From assembly GCA_051362555.1 (NCBI GenBank), contig CM120643.1:29950848-30014847 (forward strand): a DNA stretch of 64,000 bases. The letters run 5' to 3'. Positions 13,216 to 26,875 of the stretch are shown here, in pieces (within the stretch, counting starts at the first letter, position 1; each line of letters opens with the position of its first letter). This stretch comes from Lingula anatina (taxonomy: Eukaryota > Animalia > Brachiopoda). The notes beneath the pieces were generated by a model. That model worked only from the letters and a program-made list of their open reading frames with translations. It made no database searches and was not told the DNA's origin. Made by a program: the position numbers and the translations under genes.

Positions 13216-14250
13216 TTTGTTTGGTCCACAAAAGCATGTAATATGAGAAAGACAAATTGTATATTCCAGCATGGTGCATATATATATACATGTACATGCA
13301 GTATAACTGGACTTCCTAACGTTGGCTTTGTGGGGATTGAAGGATGGGGGAATTAATAAAACATATTTACCGAAAAATTCTGATATCATTTTTTCCTTAC
13401 AATAATATGCTGGTTTAAATTTCTTGATGTTATAAGTGGCATGTATCTACATGTATTTTGTCTACTTTTTGGTAAATTCACTTTCAAAACACCTCTGCTA
13501 ACTTTTACTATAGCTGTAAGTGGCATTTGGTGGCATATTTTGCTAATGATATATATGTGCTGAAATTTACTGATGGTGTTGATATGAATGAATTGAAACA
13601 TCATCTTTTTAGTTGGGTTCAGATGAGAAAAAGTACATATACATATATACTTGTAAAATTATGATATGTTTAATTTTACACCCAGTCTGATAATTCACGG
13701 ACTTCTGGCTGAAAGGAAGGATCGAAAGGGCAAAATGCTGTAACAATCTTGAAAAAAGGTGACACAAAATATTTTGTTATACATCAGAGAAAAAAGATAC
13801 AGATGTAAAAAACAAGCACTATCACAGACAAAAAAGCGCTTACACAAATAAGTATATAATAAGAAGATTTTTGTGAATTTTTATTTACATTTACAATTGT
13901 GAAAAAAGGAAGCGATGTGGCTGCAGTAAGGCATGGCCTCATAGTTAATTGTTAGTAATCATTTTATCATCAGTAGTTACTTTGCCTGGACTTGTCTAAA
14001 CTAAAATATTTACATATTTTTTATAAAGATATAATATGATGATATCCTCTTGTGTGTGTGAATCCTGTCTACATCGACAGAGCTAAGATCTTATTATTCT
14101 CTGTCATCTCACAGAAAATATGTCAGTGTACGTATGTCTCATCATGATTACCACATTGTGTATGTGAGGTGGAGTAGTCGGTCTCTGCATATTTATGAGG
14201 GCATCATATTAAACATTGATATATGCAGGATAAACCAGTTGTCAAGATTG

Positions 14251-15943
14251 CTCACTGAGGTCATATAGAATGGGATAGAGTCTGTATAGTCACTGTGACC
14301 TGGGGAATATCTCTATGTACCTGACACCTCACTGAGGTCATATAGAATGGGATAGAGTCAGTATACTCACTGTGACCTGGGGAATACCTCTATGTACCTG
14401 ACACCTCACTGAGGTCATATAGAGTGGGATAGAGTCAGTATAGTCACTGTGACCTAGGAAATACCTCTATGTACCTGACACCTCACTGATGACATATAGA
14501 GTGGGATAGAGTCTGTATAGTCACTGTGACCTGGGGAATACCTCTATGTACCTGACACCTCACTGAGGTCATATAGAATGGGATAGAGTCAGTATACTCA
14601 CTGTGACCTGGGGAATACCTCTATGTACCTGACACCTCACTGAGGTCATATAGAGTGGGATAGAGTCAGTATAGTCACTGTGACCTAGGAAATACCTCTA
14701 TGTACCTGACACCTCACTGAGGACATATAGAGTGGGATAGAGTCTGTATAGTCACTGTGACCTGGGGAATACCTCTATGTACCTGACACCTCACTGAGGT
14801 CATATAGAATGGGATAGAGTCAGTATAGTCACTGTGACCTGGGAAATACCTCTATGTACCTGACACCTCACTGAGGTCATATAGAATGGGATAGAGTCAG
14901 TATAGTCACTGTGACCTGGGGAATACCTCTATGTACCTGACACCTCACTGAGGTCATATAGAGTGGGATAGAGTCAGTATAGTCACTGTGACCTGGGGAA
15001 TACCTCTATGTACCTGACGCCTCACTGAAGTCATATAGAGTGGGATATAGAGTCAGTATAGTCACTGTGACCTGGGGAATACCTCTATGTACCTGACACC
15101 TCACTGAGGACATATAGAGTGGGATAGAGTCTGTATAGTCACTGTGACCTGGGAAATACCTCTATGTACCTGACACCTCACTGAAGTCATATAGAGTGGG
15201 ATATAGAGTCAGTATAGTCACTGTGACCTGGGGAATACCTCTATGTACCTGACACCTCACTGAGGTCATATAGAGTGGGATAGAGTCAGTATAGTCACTG
15301 TGACCTGGGGAATACCTCTATGTACCTGACACCTCACTGAGGACATATAGAGTGGGTAGAGTCTGTATAGTCACTGTGACCTGGGGAATACCTCTATGTA
15401 CCTGACACCTCACTGAGTTTATATAGAGTGGGATAGAGTCTGTATAGTCACTGTGACCTGGGGAATACCTCTATGTACCTGACACCTCACTGAGGTCATA
15501 TAGAGTGGGATAGAGTCTGTATAGTCACTGTGACCTGGGGAATACCTCTATGTACCTGACACCTCACTGAGGACATATAGAGTGGGATATAGAGTCAGTA
15601 TAGTCACTGTGACCTGGGGAATACCTCTATTTACCTGACACCTCACTGAAGTCATATAGAGTGGGATATAGAGTCAGTATAGTCACTGTGACCTGGGGAA
15701 TACCTCTATGTACCTGACACCTCACTGAAGTCATATAGAGTGGGATATAGAGTCAGTATAGTCACTGTGACCTGGGGAATACCTCTATGTACCTGACATC
15801 TCACTGAAGTCATACAGAGTGGGATAGAGTCAGTATAGTCACTGTGACCTGGGGAATACCTCTATGTACCTGACACCCCACTCAAGTCATATAGAGTGGG
15901 ATAGAGTCAGTATAGTCACTGTGACCTGGGGAATACCTCTATG
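14251..15943. repeat. 77-bp minisatellite (~22 copies)
   Basis: Unit ctcactgaggtcatatagagtgggatagagtcagtatagtcactgtgacctggggaatacctctatgtacctgacac. Confidence 0.95.
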
Positions 15944-16754
15944 AAATATTCCAGCTAGGTGGAGGAACAATCCGTATCACCTACCCTGAGTGTCAGAGCC
16001 ATGTAAAAGCTAGCTTGTTAAATATACCTTGTGATGGAGACGTTATGACTAGTATTGCTACTATGGGTTATATATGAAATCAAGATCGAGCTGGCAATAC
16101 CGGAATCTAGAACCTAGGATAGTATCATCAGATCATTTTTGGAAACAAAAAAGGAAAAGGTTATTTGTACTTCCTAACCAGTATAGATCTGGTTGTAGTG
16201 GGGAATATTTGAGGACCTTATCGATCTTTACTTTGATATTGATATTTATATACTGTGTAAACAGCTGGCAAATAGCTCTGAAAGCTAGTCGATCCTCCTT
16301 TAGAAACGGAAACTGAAAGTGTGAAAATTCATGTTAATAGACCAAAAAGGCACCATATTTTTTATTGACGTTGTCTTTTAATCTATACTTCACATTACAG
16401 ATTATGATTATTTATTGGTTAATGTTCTGGTAGTGGGATATCATAGTAAAACAACTTGCAGCCACTTTTGATTTGAGATGTCAGTTGTGGAGATTGTTTC
16501 ACTGTTGCCATGGGAACCAGGTCAAGGTGAGGAACTGTTTCTGTCAGTTTAAATGTCTGCAGTCAGGTGTAGTGTAATGGTTGCTATGTTCTTAACAACT
16601 CTTTTATTGTCATTGTTTATGTATCAGATTAACCACGCCCTCATTCACTGACACAATGTATAAGCTGTTATTATGTGTTTTTGTCATACCTGAAGTCACA
16701 GCAAGTATAGTTCAAGTAAGACAGTGGAATAGTGGAGGATAAGATCTGTATCTG

Positions 16755-17003
16755 TAGTCTCAGTTACCAGTAACATATAATATAACAACTGTGCAGGTAA
16801 GCAGGTAGTGTCATATACTAGACTGACCATACACTATAGTCTCAGTTACCAGTAACATATAATATAACAACTGTGCAGGTAAGCGGGTAGTGTCATATAC
16901 TAGACTGACCATACACTATAGTCTCAGTTACCAGTAACATATAATATAACAACTGTGCAGGTAAGCGGGTAGTGTCATATACTAGACTGACCATACACTA
17001 TAG
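16755..17003 (+). repeat. 82-bp repeat x3 containing a consensus splice donor
   Basis: gtgcag|gtaagc in each unit. Confidence 0.85.
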
Positions 17004-17065
17004 TGTCATATACTAGACTGCTGTTTTTTTTAGAAGCAGTTTAGACTGGTCTTTGTTTGTCAATC

Positions 17066-18122
17066 ATGTGACCTCCTCTGGTGCAGTGAGGTGAGGGTGG
17101 TGGTCTGTTGACCAGGGTCAAACCAGAATTACAGGTAAGTGACCTGTCCTCCCTGATGTGACCTCCTCTGGTGCAGTGAGGTAAAGGTGGTGGTCTGTTG
17201 ACCAGGGTCAAACCAGAATTAAGTGACCTGTCCTCCCTGATGTGACCTCCTCTGGTGCAGTGAGGTAAAGGTGGTGGTCTGTTGACCAGGGTCAAACCAG
17301 AATTAATTAAGTGACCTGTCCTCCCTGATGTGACCTCCTCTGGTGCAGTGAGGTGAGGGAGCTATAGGTGGTCTGTTGAACTGGGTCAAACCAGAATTAA
17401 TTAAGTGACCTGTCCTCCCTGATGTGACCTCCTCTGGTGCAGTGAGGTAAGGGTGGTGGTCTGTTGACCAGGGTCAAACCAGAATTAATTAAGTGACCTG
17501 TCCTCCCTGATGTGACCTCCTCTGGTGCAGTGAGGTGAGGGTGGTGGTCTGTTGACCAGGGTCAAACCAGAATTAATTAAGTGACCTGTCCTCCCTGATG
17601 TGACCTCCTCTGGTGCAGTGAGGTGAGGGTGGTGGTCTGTTGACCAGGGTCAAACCAGAATTAATTAAGTGACCTGTCCTCCCTGATGTGACCTCCTCTG
17701 GTGCAGAGAGGTGAGGGTGGTGGTCTGTTGACCAGGGTCAAACCAGAATTAATTAAGTGACCTGTCCTCCCTGATGTGACCTCCTCTGGTGCAGTGAGGT
17801 GAGGGTGGTGGTCTGTTGACCAGGGTCAAACCAGAATTAATTAAGTGACCTGTCCTCCCTGATGTGACCTCCTCTGGTGCAGAGAGGTGAGGGTGGTGGT
17901 CTGTTGACCAAGGTCAAACCAGAATTAAGTGACCTGTCCTCCCTGATGTGACCTCCTCTGGTGCAGAGAGGTGAGGGTGGTGGTCTGTTGACCAGGGTCA
18001 AACCAGAATTAAGTGACCTGTCCTCCCTGATGTGACCTCCTCTGGTGCAGAGAGGTGAGGGTGGTGGTCTGTTGACCAGGGTCAAACCAGGGTCAAATTA
18101 AGTGACCTGTCCTCCCTGATGT
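17066..18122. repeat. 84-88-bp minisatellite (~12 copies)
   Basis: Unit tgtgacctcctctggtgcagtgaggtgagggtggtggtctgttgaccagggtcaaaccagaatt(aatt)aagtgacctgtcctccctga. Confidence 0.95.
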
Positions 18123-18867
18123 CCTCTGAAAGGGTTTCGAATATACAACAAGATTTGTGTATGTAATAAGTTCAGTTACTTCTAAGGATACTAATCTGAC
18201 TCAGGAAGATCTACATAGGTTTACCCACAATTCCTGACTTGAGTTATTCGCGTGGAGAGAAAAGTAATGCATCACAACAACTTTATTACAAAACTAAAAC
18301 TCTGTTATTACCAGGATGTTGCCTGGTTTTGTAGAAGAAATGTGACCCAGAGAATTAAGGCTCTTATCATTAACTGATCTTCTGCTATTTTTAGAATGAA
18401 ATTAATAGACTTGATGCCTAAAACTCAGATAATAAATCAAAGTGATAATGAGGCATTATTGATATATCTTGTTGTATCTCCAGATCTGCCAAGATTTGAA
18501 AAATGAAAAATTGTAAAAGGTGTCACTGCCATAGCACTTTAACAATGCATCTAATATGTCACAGAAAATGTTATTCTATTTTTCTGATGTTTGCAATATT
18601 TTAGGAACTGCATGAGAGCTAGTGCAGAATGATTTTTGACACCAGACTTGTGCATTTGTGCAGATAAAAAAGAATTGTTGTTTTAGTGTGTTTATTATTA
18701 GTAATATTGCATCATACCATGCAGATATTATATATATACCAGCTGGGCCCATCCAACTATTGCAAAGTGCAATCAGTGTACTAGTCATCAGCTGAATTGT
18801 CTGACACGTCTCTTGTAGCAGTAATTAATTAAGGGGGTAATTAATTATTGTGTGTGCTCAGCTTAAT

Positions 18868-19075
18868 TATCCCTGAGCTGCTTGAGGAGGCATCTTGGAT
18901 CCCTGAGCTGCTTGAGGAGCATCTTGGATCCCTGAGCTGCTTGAGGAGGCATCTTGGATCCCTGAGCTGCTTGAGGAGCATCTTGGATCCTTGAGCTGCT
19001 TGAGGAGGCATCTTGGATCCCTGAGCTGCTTGAGGAGCATCTTGGATCCCTGAGCTGCTTGAGGAGGCATCTTAG
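18868..19075. repeat. Alternating 29/30-bp tandem repeat (7 copies)
   Basis: atccctgagctgcttgaggag(g)catcttgg. Confidence 0.9.
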
Positions 19076-19324
19076 ACAGTTAATTAAGCTGATTACATTG
19101 ATTAGCAAGAATCCCTGCAGAGTTGGATCGACCCAGCTGGTACGTTATCTGAATCTAAATGTGCCCAAAGTTCTTATCCGTATGCTTATACCGTCATAGT
19201 TTATTCCTGGGTACCCATTGGCTAGCTGGTTTGATTTCATTATTTGTGTAGTAATTGTTTTCTTTTCAGACTCTACAGCTAAATAAGACAGTGAAGGTTC
19301 TCATAATCTGCTGAAGAAATCACA

Positions 19325-21703
19325 ATGGCAGAGACAAGCACCACACAAACCACTACCACCACCACCACATCCTCCTTTGACATCTCTGTGAGCTTTGACT
19401 ATCTGAAGACTGTGCCTGGGATATTTGTGATTGTGGAATTGGTAAGAGAAGTCCATTGGACCCTGTCTACCAACTTTTTTCTTTAATTCATATATTGATT
19501 GATAATTAAAGCTGTTCAAAACCATATTTTTCTCTAACAGCTTCTCAAAAGTAAAATTGTCAACTTTGATCTTTGTCTAGGTAATGTATGATTTAATATA
19601 TAAAGATCATATATAAACTGATTTAGTATAAAAACAATACAGAAACTTTGCAGATATAAATATGGTTTGGTGGGACAGTGACATTACCTGGTAGGTCACA
19701 TGTTCTTGGAAAAGTTGCCTCTTCATGTATTTATCAGTTTCATTACAAAAGAATCTACTGTATACATCTAGGTCATGAAATCATTCTGCTCAGTATTGGA
19801 AAAAACAGAAATATACGTTAGGTAAAAGAATTATAATTGGATACTGTAGTCCTTTACTAAATGTTGTGTTTTGCCATTTTTAGAACAAATATGTAAACAA
19901 AGAAATTATCTGTTTTTTCAGGTTTTGAGCCTCATTGTGTTAATCTGTGCATCCCTGGCAGTAATTTATGGTGGGTTTGGCTGGGTGGTGTTTGTGGCTG
20001 TTCTGGGACTCATCTGTTCCATTCTCCTCATTGTCTTCTACATCCTGGGCTTTGTTAGCAGGATCTCTATGTGGCTGCTACTGGTGAGGACGTCACTGGA
20101 AAGCTTCTGTGACAAAATGTTGCTTTTCTGTGAAATCATTGCTTTCAAAATATCTAATTTCATGACACCATTTAGTACTCCAAAACCCTGCCTAAAATGT
20201 TAATTAATTTAGTCATTGAACACTGAAGATTTATCTATTTCCCAAAAGAAAGTATGTAAGGCAGTAAATAAGGAATTTTTGGAAAAGGGTGACAAAATCC
20301 TTAAGATAGTTGAGTTGTTCAGTACCTATAGTTTGTGTACCTATAGAGTGATTAAGTTTCTGTCTCAGCAAGTTATATATTTTACTCTACTGTTAACATG
20401 TTATGTTATATATTTCAGGAATTTATTTACTATGTGGTGATGTTTCTCTTCTGGATCATAGCATTCATAGTGGCTGCAGTTTTGACTGGCCAGAACAATC
20501 AGTCCATCCTGTACCTTTGGTATTTTCGTACGACCAGTTATCTTGGAGCCATGATTGCTGCTACTGTAAGTGTTGGTTGAAGAAGGAAGGAAATTCATAA
20601 TCTTTATCAGTACATATATTGTTCATGCAGCTTTCAGGATATGTTTAAATTATGTTTGAATGTTAATATTTAAATAAGATTTTTAATTACATTTGATAAA
20701 ACAGGTGGATTGAGACCGTCTTCTGGGTCTTCTGGAAGACGGTTAGATTTTAAAGTTTATATTGAGGGGTATCTATTTTTCTGTTGGAAGACCTTCAAAA
20801 GTGGAGGATGGATCAACAAACAGGCCTACCCAACTACCAGACTCGGCACCTAAGGATCCTGAATTAACCGGTATATCGGACCACGCTACCCGTTTTCAAG
20901 GTGTGTGTCAGATCGCATTTCGGAGTATCATACCCCAGAACAAATTTTGTAGCACGACTGCGGGCTCATCCACGCTCGGCTGAACAACCTTAAACTGTAC
21001 TCTTACTTTAGAGTACTCTATTTTATTGTCTCTATGGGGATATATGGGGACTTAATGACATTTGGTTTGAATGTTTTAACCACTTTTGATAGGGCTTTTT
21101 TGCATTGTATTAGATTAATGTGGCAGTCAAAGGTTCATCTAGGTGGCTTTCAAATTTGTGCACCCGGTTTTAAAATCATATAGCGATTTTACGACAATCG
21201 TTTACTATCCAATCAAGGTGACAGCCGAGCATGCCAGGGCTCATCCTGTCGGTGTTCTGGCTGATACTCCGAAATGCGATCTGACACACACCTTGAAAAC
21301 GGGTAGTGTGGTCTGATATACCGGTTAATTCAGGATCCTTAGGTGCCGAGTCTGGTAGTTGGGTAGGCCTGAACAAAGATGTAATTTGGAATACTGTCAG
21401 AAAATATCTCTGGATCCGCCCCCGATAAAATGCATTTATTTAATTGAACAGTTATTAACAGACCAAAACCTTTGTTAAAATTACTGAACTAAATAATTAC
21501 TTTAAAATATCAGTTGATATATTTAGTAATCATGTTTGGATGATTTATTTTAGGTCTTCTCCTGCTTTGCAATGATCATCTTTGGGATTCATTGCTTCTT
21601 TGCGTTCCGTGCGTGGAGAGGTCAGCCATTGTTTGCCACTGTGGTGACCAGTGGTCAGACCAGCACCAGTGCCCAGAAGACAACCACAGTGACCTCTGGC
21701 TAG
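19325..21703 (+). CDS. MARVEL-domain tetraspan membrane protein (plasmolipin/MAL/CMTM-like), 191 aa, 4 coding exons
   Basis: join(19325-19441,19922-20083,20419-20565,21554-21703); all introns phase 0 GT-AG; YLKTVPGIFVIVEL|VLSLIVLICAS MARVEL start; four hydrophobic segments; Thr-rich termini; TAG at 21701. Confidence 0.88.
20821..21371. mobile_element. MITE with ~110-bp TIRs and apparent 6-bp TSD, in intron 3 of the MARVEL gene
   Basis: caggcctacccaactaccagactcggcacctaaggatcc... and its reverse complement ending ...gttgggtaggcctg; aacaaa at 20815-20820 and 21372-21377. Confidence 0.88.
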
Positions 21704-24224
21704 ACATGAGAACTGGCTCCTCTTGGCTGCAACTGAAACCAAAGCAACATTATAGAGTGACAAATGGGGGTTTTCAGGTTTTCTTATAGTTTTCTAATTA
21801 TAAGTTTGTATTAAAAAATTACGTGAAATTGGATAGGTAATAAAACAATATAAAGTCAATATTGCAAGAAATATACGAATTCTTGCATATTTGTCCACAA
21901 ACTTGTTTTCTCAAAAGAAAAAATATTAAGATTACTGTGTTTTAACCATGATTTCAAATACTTTGTATCAATGACCAGAATGTTTGTAAGCAGTCACATT
22001 AATCAATATTTTTGAAGCCAAGTTTTATAAAGAATTCCAACATTCCAGAATGCTTTAAACATACTGTGTATGACCAGCTGTCCAGTTAGTGTTAACTTCC
22101 CTTGGATAATAGGGACGTTTGTTATATGGTATTTCAAGTAGATTTTAATATCTCATGAGCAGGTGATTTGTTTGTAATGTTTATATGGACCAAGTTGTAA
22201 ACCAAGGAACTTTTGAACTTATGAAGGTTAGATGTTTTGCATGTACATGTGCTATTTGAAATGTACGGTTATTTGCATAGAAAATGTTGGACATCAGTGA
22301 GATTTATCATATGTTAGTGGTAAAATTTATATTATTTGATTTTTTATGCATTCCTTGGCTGGGGTTGTTTATTCTCTGAATATGTGCAAGTTTTGTTTTG
22401 ATGTGTGGTGTTACACTGTAGAAGGATTACTGGTTTAAGGGGGGGGGGGGGGGGTCACATTTCAGTGTGTGCTGGTACAGTGTAGACAGAGACTGGCTTA
22501 AAGGGGGCATATTTCAATGTGTGCTGGTATACGATGTAGACAGAGACTGGTTTAATGCAGTATATGTAATTAGTCATTCCAGAGAACTGACCTAAGCTTG
22601 CTAGCTAAACTGTATCATAGAGCTCAACCAATCTCTCAGTAATCCCAATAGCTGCAAATACTAGTAATGTATGTATATGCCGATTTAAGTTTATGAAAAA
22701 AGAATTAACTGATACATTGAAGTGATGCTTAGACCTTAAGGCACTGCCCATTGTTGACCAGTCATCAAACTATTGTTAGCTGCATGTTAATGTCATCACA
22801 ATGATTTGATGTTAATTTAAATGAAAAAAATTCCCAAAAAAAATACCAAATATAATTTGTGGTGAAAGCGTGTACAGATCTATCTGTAAGTGGTGCCCAC
22901 TGGTGGAAATAGTGTTAACTTTATTTTATTTTGTATCTTCAGTGTGTGTCTATTTATTGACATCTTGCTTCTAAAGCTGTTATTTTGCCATACGTGCTAG
23001 TAAGCAATTACTTGCTACTGACGGTGCTGCTTTGCTATGTGTAAATTCACTGTTCCCATTTTATACGTTTTACCGCGTGTCATATTTTATATTTTGTCAG
23101 CATTTTTGCTGATATCAGCTGATTACTTCATTATGCTATGCCTGTTCTATGTAGTTATAAGACATTTATACTGCTCTGTGTATTTTCATATTCAAGTGTG
23201 CTTCAGTTGTTTTTATACAGTATGTTTGAGCAATAATTAATTGCTTGAGTGCCCAGTCAGAAAAGGAAGCATTTCAATATCCCATCCTGCTTATTTCATT
23301 AATGTTGGTGCTTTTCAGATTTGTTGTCTACACTTGGAACTAGTTTCAGCTTCAAGTAGTTTTGGAGATTAATTCATAGTTAATGGCAGTAGTGCATTAT
23401 ATTGGAAATTTTCTGTAGAATTCATTTTCCCTGCTGATAAAACTTTCAAGTGTGAGCATCTGATGTGTGCTAGTAAGTACAGTGCAGTACAGAGGGTGGA
23501 CTTCTACATCACCATTTTGTAGGAACACTTTGTTATAGTATATTAATTTTTCAAATTAAAGGAAAAATTTCCTCTTATGTGTGACTAAATAACTATATTT
23601 GGTAAATGTGTTGTGCCTGTTGTATTTGCCTCCATTGTGGATTTGACTGTCATGTTGGCTCCGTAACTACTAGCAGCTGTTGATATGAATTTTCACATTT
23701 TTAAACAAGGAATAGCATAAATATATATGCACTGTTTTCTGCTTAAAATTACTATAATTATTTTGATGGCAAAAATGAAAACTTTAGACAATGCTTCAGT
23801 GTGTTTCTAAAGCCTTATTGGTATTGTACTGTTTTCTAGGGTATATATGAGTAGTATTGACTGTACTAACTCTATTTAAATGTTACTGCATAATCATATT
23901 CTCATATTCTACTGTTAGTTCAACCAATTCAAGATTTCAATACAGTGTATGCTGTTTATATATTTGATCTTGGTTAAGAATTTATGTATTTGTTAGCTTC
24001 ATTGTACACAAACTTTATCTATAATTCTTTTACAAAGGATTATTTATATGAGTCACTAAACTCATACAAGACAAGAAAGGCAGCTTTTTAAAAATATAAC
24101 ACTAAATTATACACTATAAGAGCAATTTTGAATAGTACTTTTGATAAGTATTCCTTTCTTAACTTCCATCTATACCTTTGGGGCCATTCAGAATAGAACA
24201 TCTCAGATAGACTTCATGATGGGT

Positions 24225-26875
24225 TAAGGCAGATGTATCCGTGAAGGCAGGTGTATCCGTGGCCTCATGATAGGTGAAGGCAGATGTATCCGTGACTTCA
24301 TGATAGGTGAAGGCAGATGTATCCGTGGCCTCAGATAGGTGAAGGCAGATGTATCCGTGGCCTCAGATAGGTGAAGGCAGATGTATCCGTGGCCTCAGAT
24401 AGGTGAAGGCAGATGTATCTGTGACCTCATGATAGGTGAAGGCAGATGTATCTGTGGCCTCAGATAGGTGAAGGCAGATGTATCCGTGGCCTCAGATAGG
24501 TGAAGGCAGATGTATCCGTGGCCTCAGATAGGTGAAGGCAGATGTATCTGTGACCTCATGATAGGTGAAGGCAGATGTATCCGTGGCCTCAGATAGGTGA
24601 AGGCAGATGTATCCGTGGCCTCAGATAGGTGAAGGCAGATGTATCCGTGGCCTCAGAAAGGTGAAGGCAGATGTATCTGTGACCTCATGATAGGTGAAGG
24701 CAGATGTATCTGTGGCCTCATGATAGGTGAAGGCAGATGTATCTGTGACCTCATGATAGGTGAAGGCAGATGTATCAGTGGCCTCAGATAGGTGAAGGCA
24801 GATGTATCCGTGGCCTCAGATAGGTGAAGGCAGATGTATCTGTGACCTCATGATAGGTGAAGGCAGATGTATCTGTGACCTCAGTGAAGGGAAGGCAGAT
24901 GTATTCGTGGCCTCATGAAAGGTGAAGGCAGATGTATCCGTGACCTCATGATAGGTGAAGGCAGACGTATCCGTGGCCTCAGATAGGTGACCTCATGATA
25001 GGTGAAGGCAGACATATCCGTGGCCTCATGATAGGTGAAGGCAGACGTATCCGTGGCCTCAGATAGGTGAAGGCAGATGTATCTGTGGCCTCAGATAGGT
25101 GAAGGCAGATGTATCCGTGGCCTCAGATAGGTGAAGGCAGATGTATCCGTGACCTCATGATAGGTGAAGGCAGATGTATCCGTGGCCTCATGATAGGTGA
25201 AGGCAGACATATCCGTGGCCTCATGATAGGTGAAAGCAGACGTATCCGTGGCCTCAGATAGGTGAAGGCAGATGTATCCGTGGCCTCAGATAGGTGAAGG
25301 CAGATGTATCTGTGGCCTCATGATAGGTGAAGGCAGACATATCCGTGGCCTCATGATAGGTGAAAGCAGACGTATCCGTGGCCTCAGATAGGTGAAGGCA
25401 GATGTATCCGTGGCCTCAGATAGGTGAAGGCAGATGTATCTGTGACCTCAGATAGGTGAAGGCAGATGTATCTGTGGCCTCAGATAGGTGAAGGCAGATG
25501 TATCTGTGGCCTCATGATAGGTGAAGGCAGACGTATCCGTGGCCTCAGATAGGTGAAGGCAGATGTATACGTGGCCTCAGATAGGTGAAGGCAAATGTAT
25601 CCGTGGCCTCAGATAGGTGAAGGCAGATGTATCTGTGACCTCATGATAGGTGAAGGTAGATGTATCTGTGACCTCATGATAGGTGAAGGTAGATGTATCC
25701 GTGGCCTCATGATAGGTGAAGGCAGCGAATCCGTGGCCTCATGATAGGTGAAGGCAGACGTATCCGTGGCCTCAGATAGGTGAAGGCAGATGTATCCGTG
25801 ACCTCATGATAGGTGAAGGCAGATGTATCTGTGACCTCATGATAGGTAAAGGCAGACGTATCCGTGGCCTCAGATAGGTGAAGGCAGATGTATCCGTGGC
25901 CTCAGATAGGTGAAGGCAGACGTATCCGTGGCCTCAGATAGGTGAAGGCAGATGTATCTGTGGCCTCATGATAGGTGAAGGCAGACATATCCGTGGCCTC
26001 ATGATAGGTGAAGGCAGACGTATCCGTGGCCTCATGATAGGTGAAGGCAGACGTATCCGTGGCCTCAGATAGGTGAAGGCAGATGTATCCGTGACCTCAT
26101 GATAGGTGAAGGCAGATGTATCTGTGACCTCATGATAGGTGAAGGCAGATGTATCTGTGACCTCATGATAGGTGAAGGCAGACGTATCCGTGGCCTCAGA
26201 TAGGTGAAGGCAAATGTATCCGTGGCCTCAGATAGGTGAAGGCAAATGTATCCGTGGCCTCAGATAGGTGACAACAGATGTATCCGTGGCCTCAGATAGG
26301 TGACAACAGATGTATCCGTGGCCTCAGATAGGTGACAACAGATGTATCCGTGGCCTCAGATAGGTGAAGGCAGATGTATCCGTGGCCTCAGATAGGTGAA
26401 GGCAGATGTATCTGTGGCCTCAGATAGGTGAAGGCAGATGTATCCGTGGCCTCAGATAGGTGACGGCAGATGTATCCGTGGCCTCAGAAAGGTGAAGGCA
26501 GATGTATCCGTGGCCTCAGATAGGTGACGGCAGATGTATCCGTGGCCTCAGAAAGGTGAAGGCAGATGTATCCGTGGCCTCAGAAAGGTGAAGGCAGATG
26601 TATTCGTGGCCTCAGATAGGTGAAGGCAGATGTATACGTGGCCTCAGATAGGTGAAGGCAGATGTATACGTGGCCTCAGATAGGTGAAGGCAGATGTATA
26701 CGTGGCCTCAGATAGGTGAAGGCAGATGTATACGTGGCCTCAGATAGCTGAAGGCAGATGTATACGTGGCCTCAGATAGCTGAAGGCAGATGTATCCGTG
26801 AAGGCAGATGTATCCGTGGCCTCAGATGGGTGAAGGCAGATGTATCCGGGAAGGCAGATGTATCCATGGCCTCAT
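24225..26875. repeat. 32/33-bp minisatellite (~80 copies)
   Basis: Unit ataggtgaaggcagatgtatccgtggcctcag with a cctcatg variant. Confidence 0.95.

Noticed and set aside
20762-21376. Two ORFs sharing RPTQLPDSAPKDPELTG
   Set aside because: Mirror translations of the MITE terminal inverted repeats
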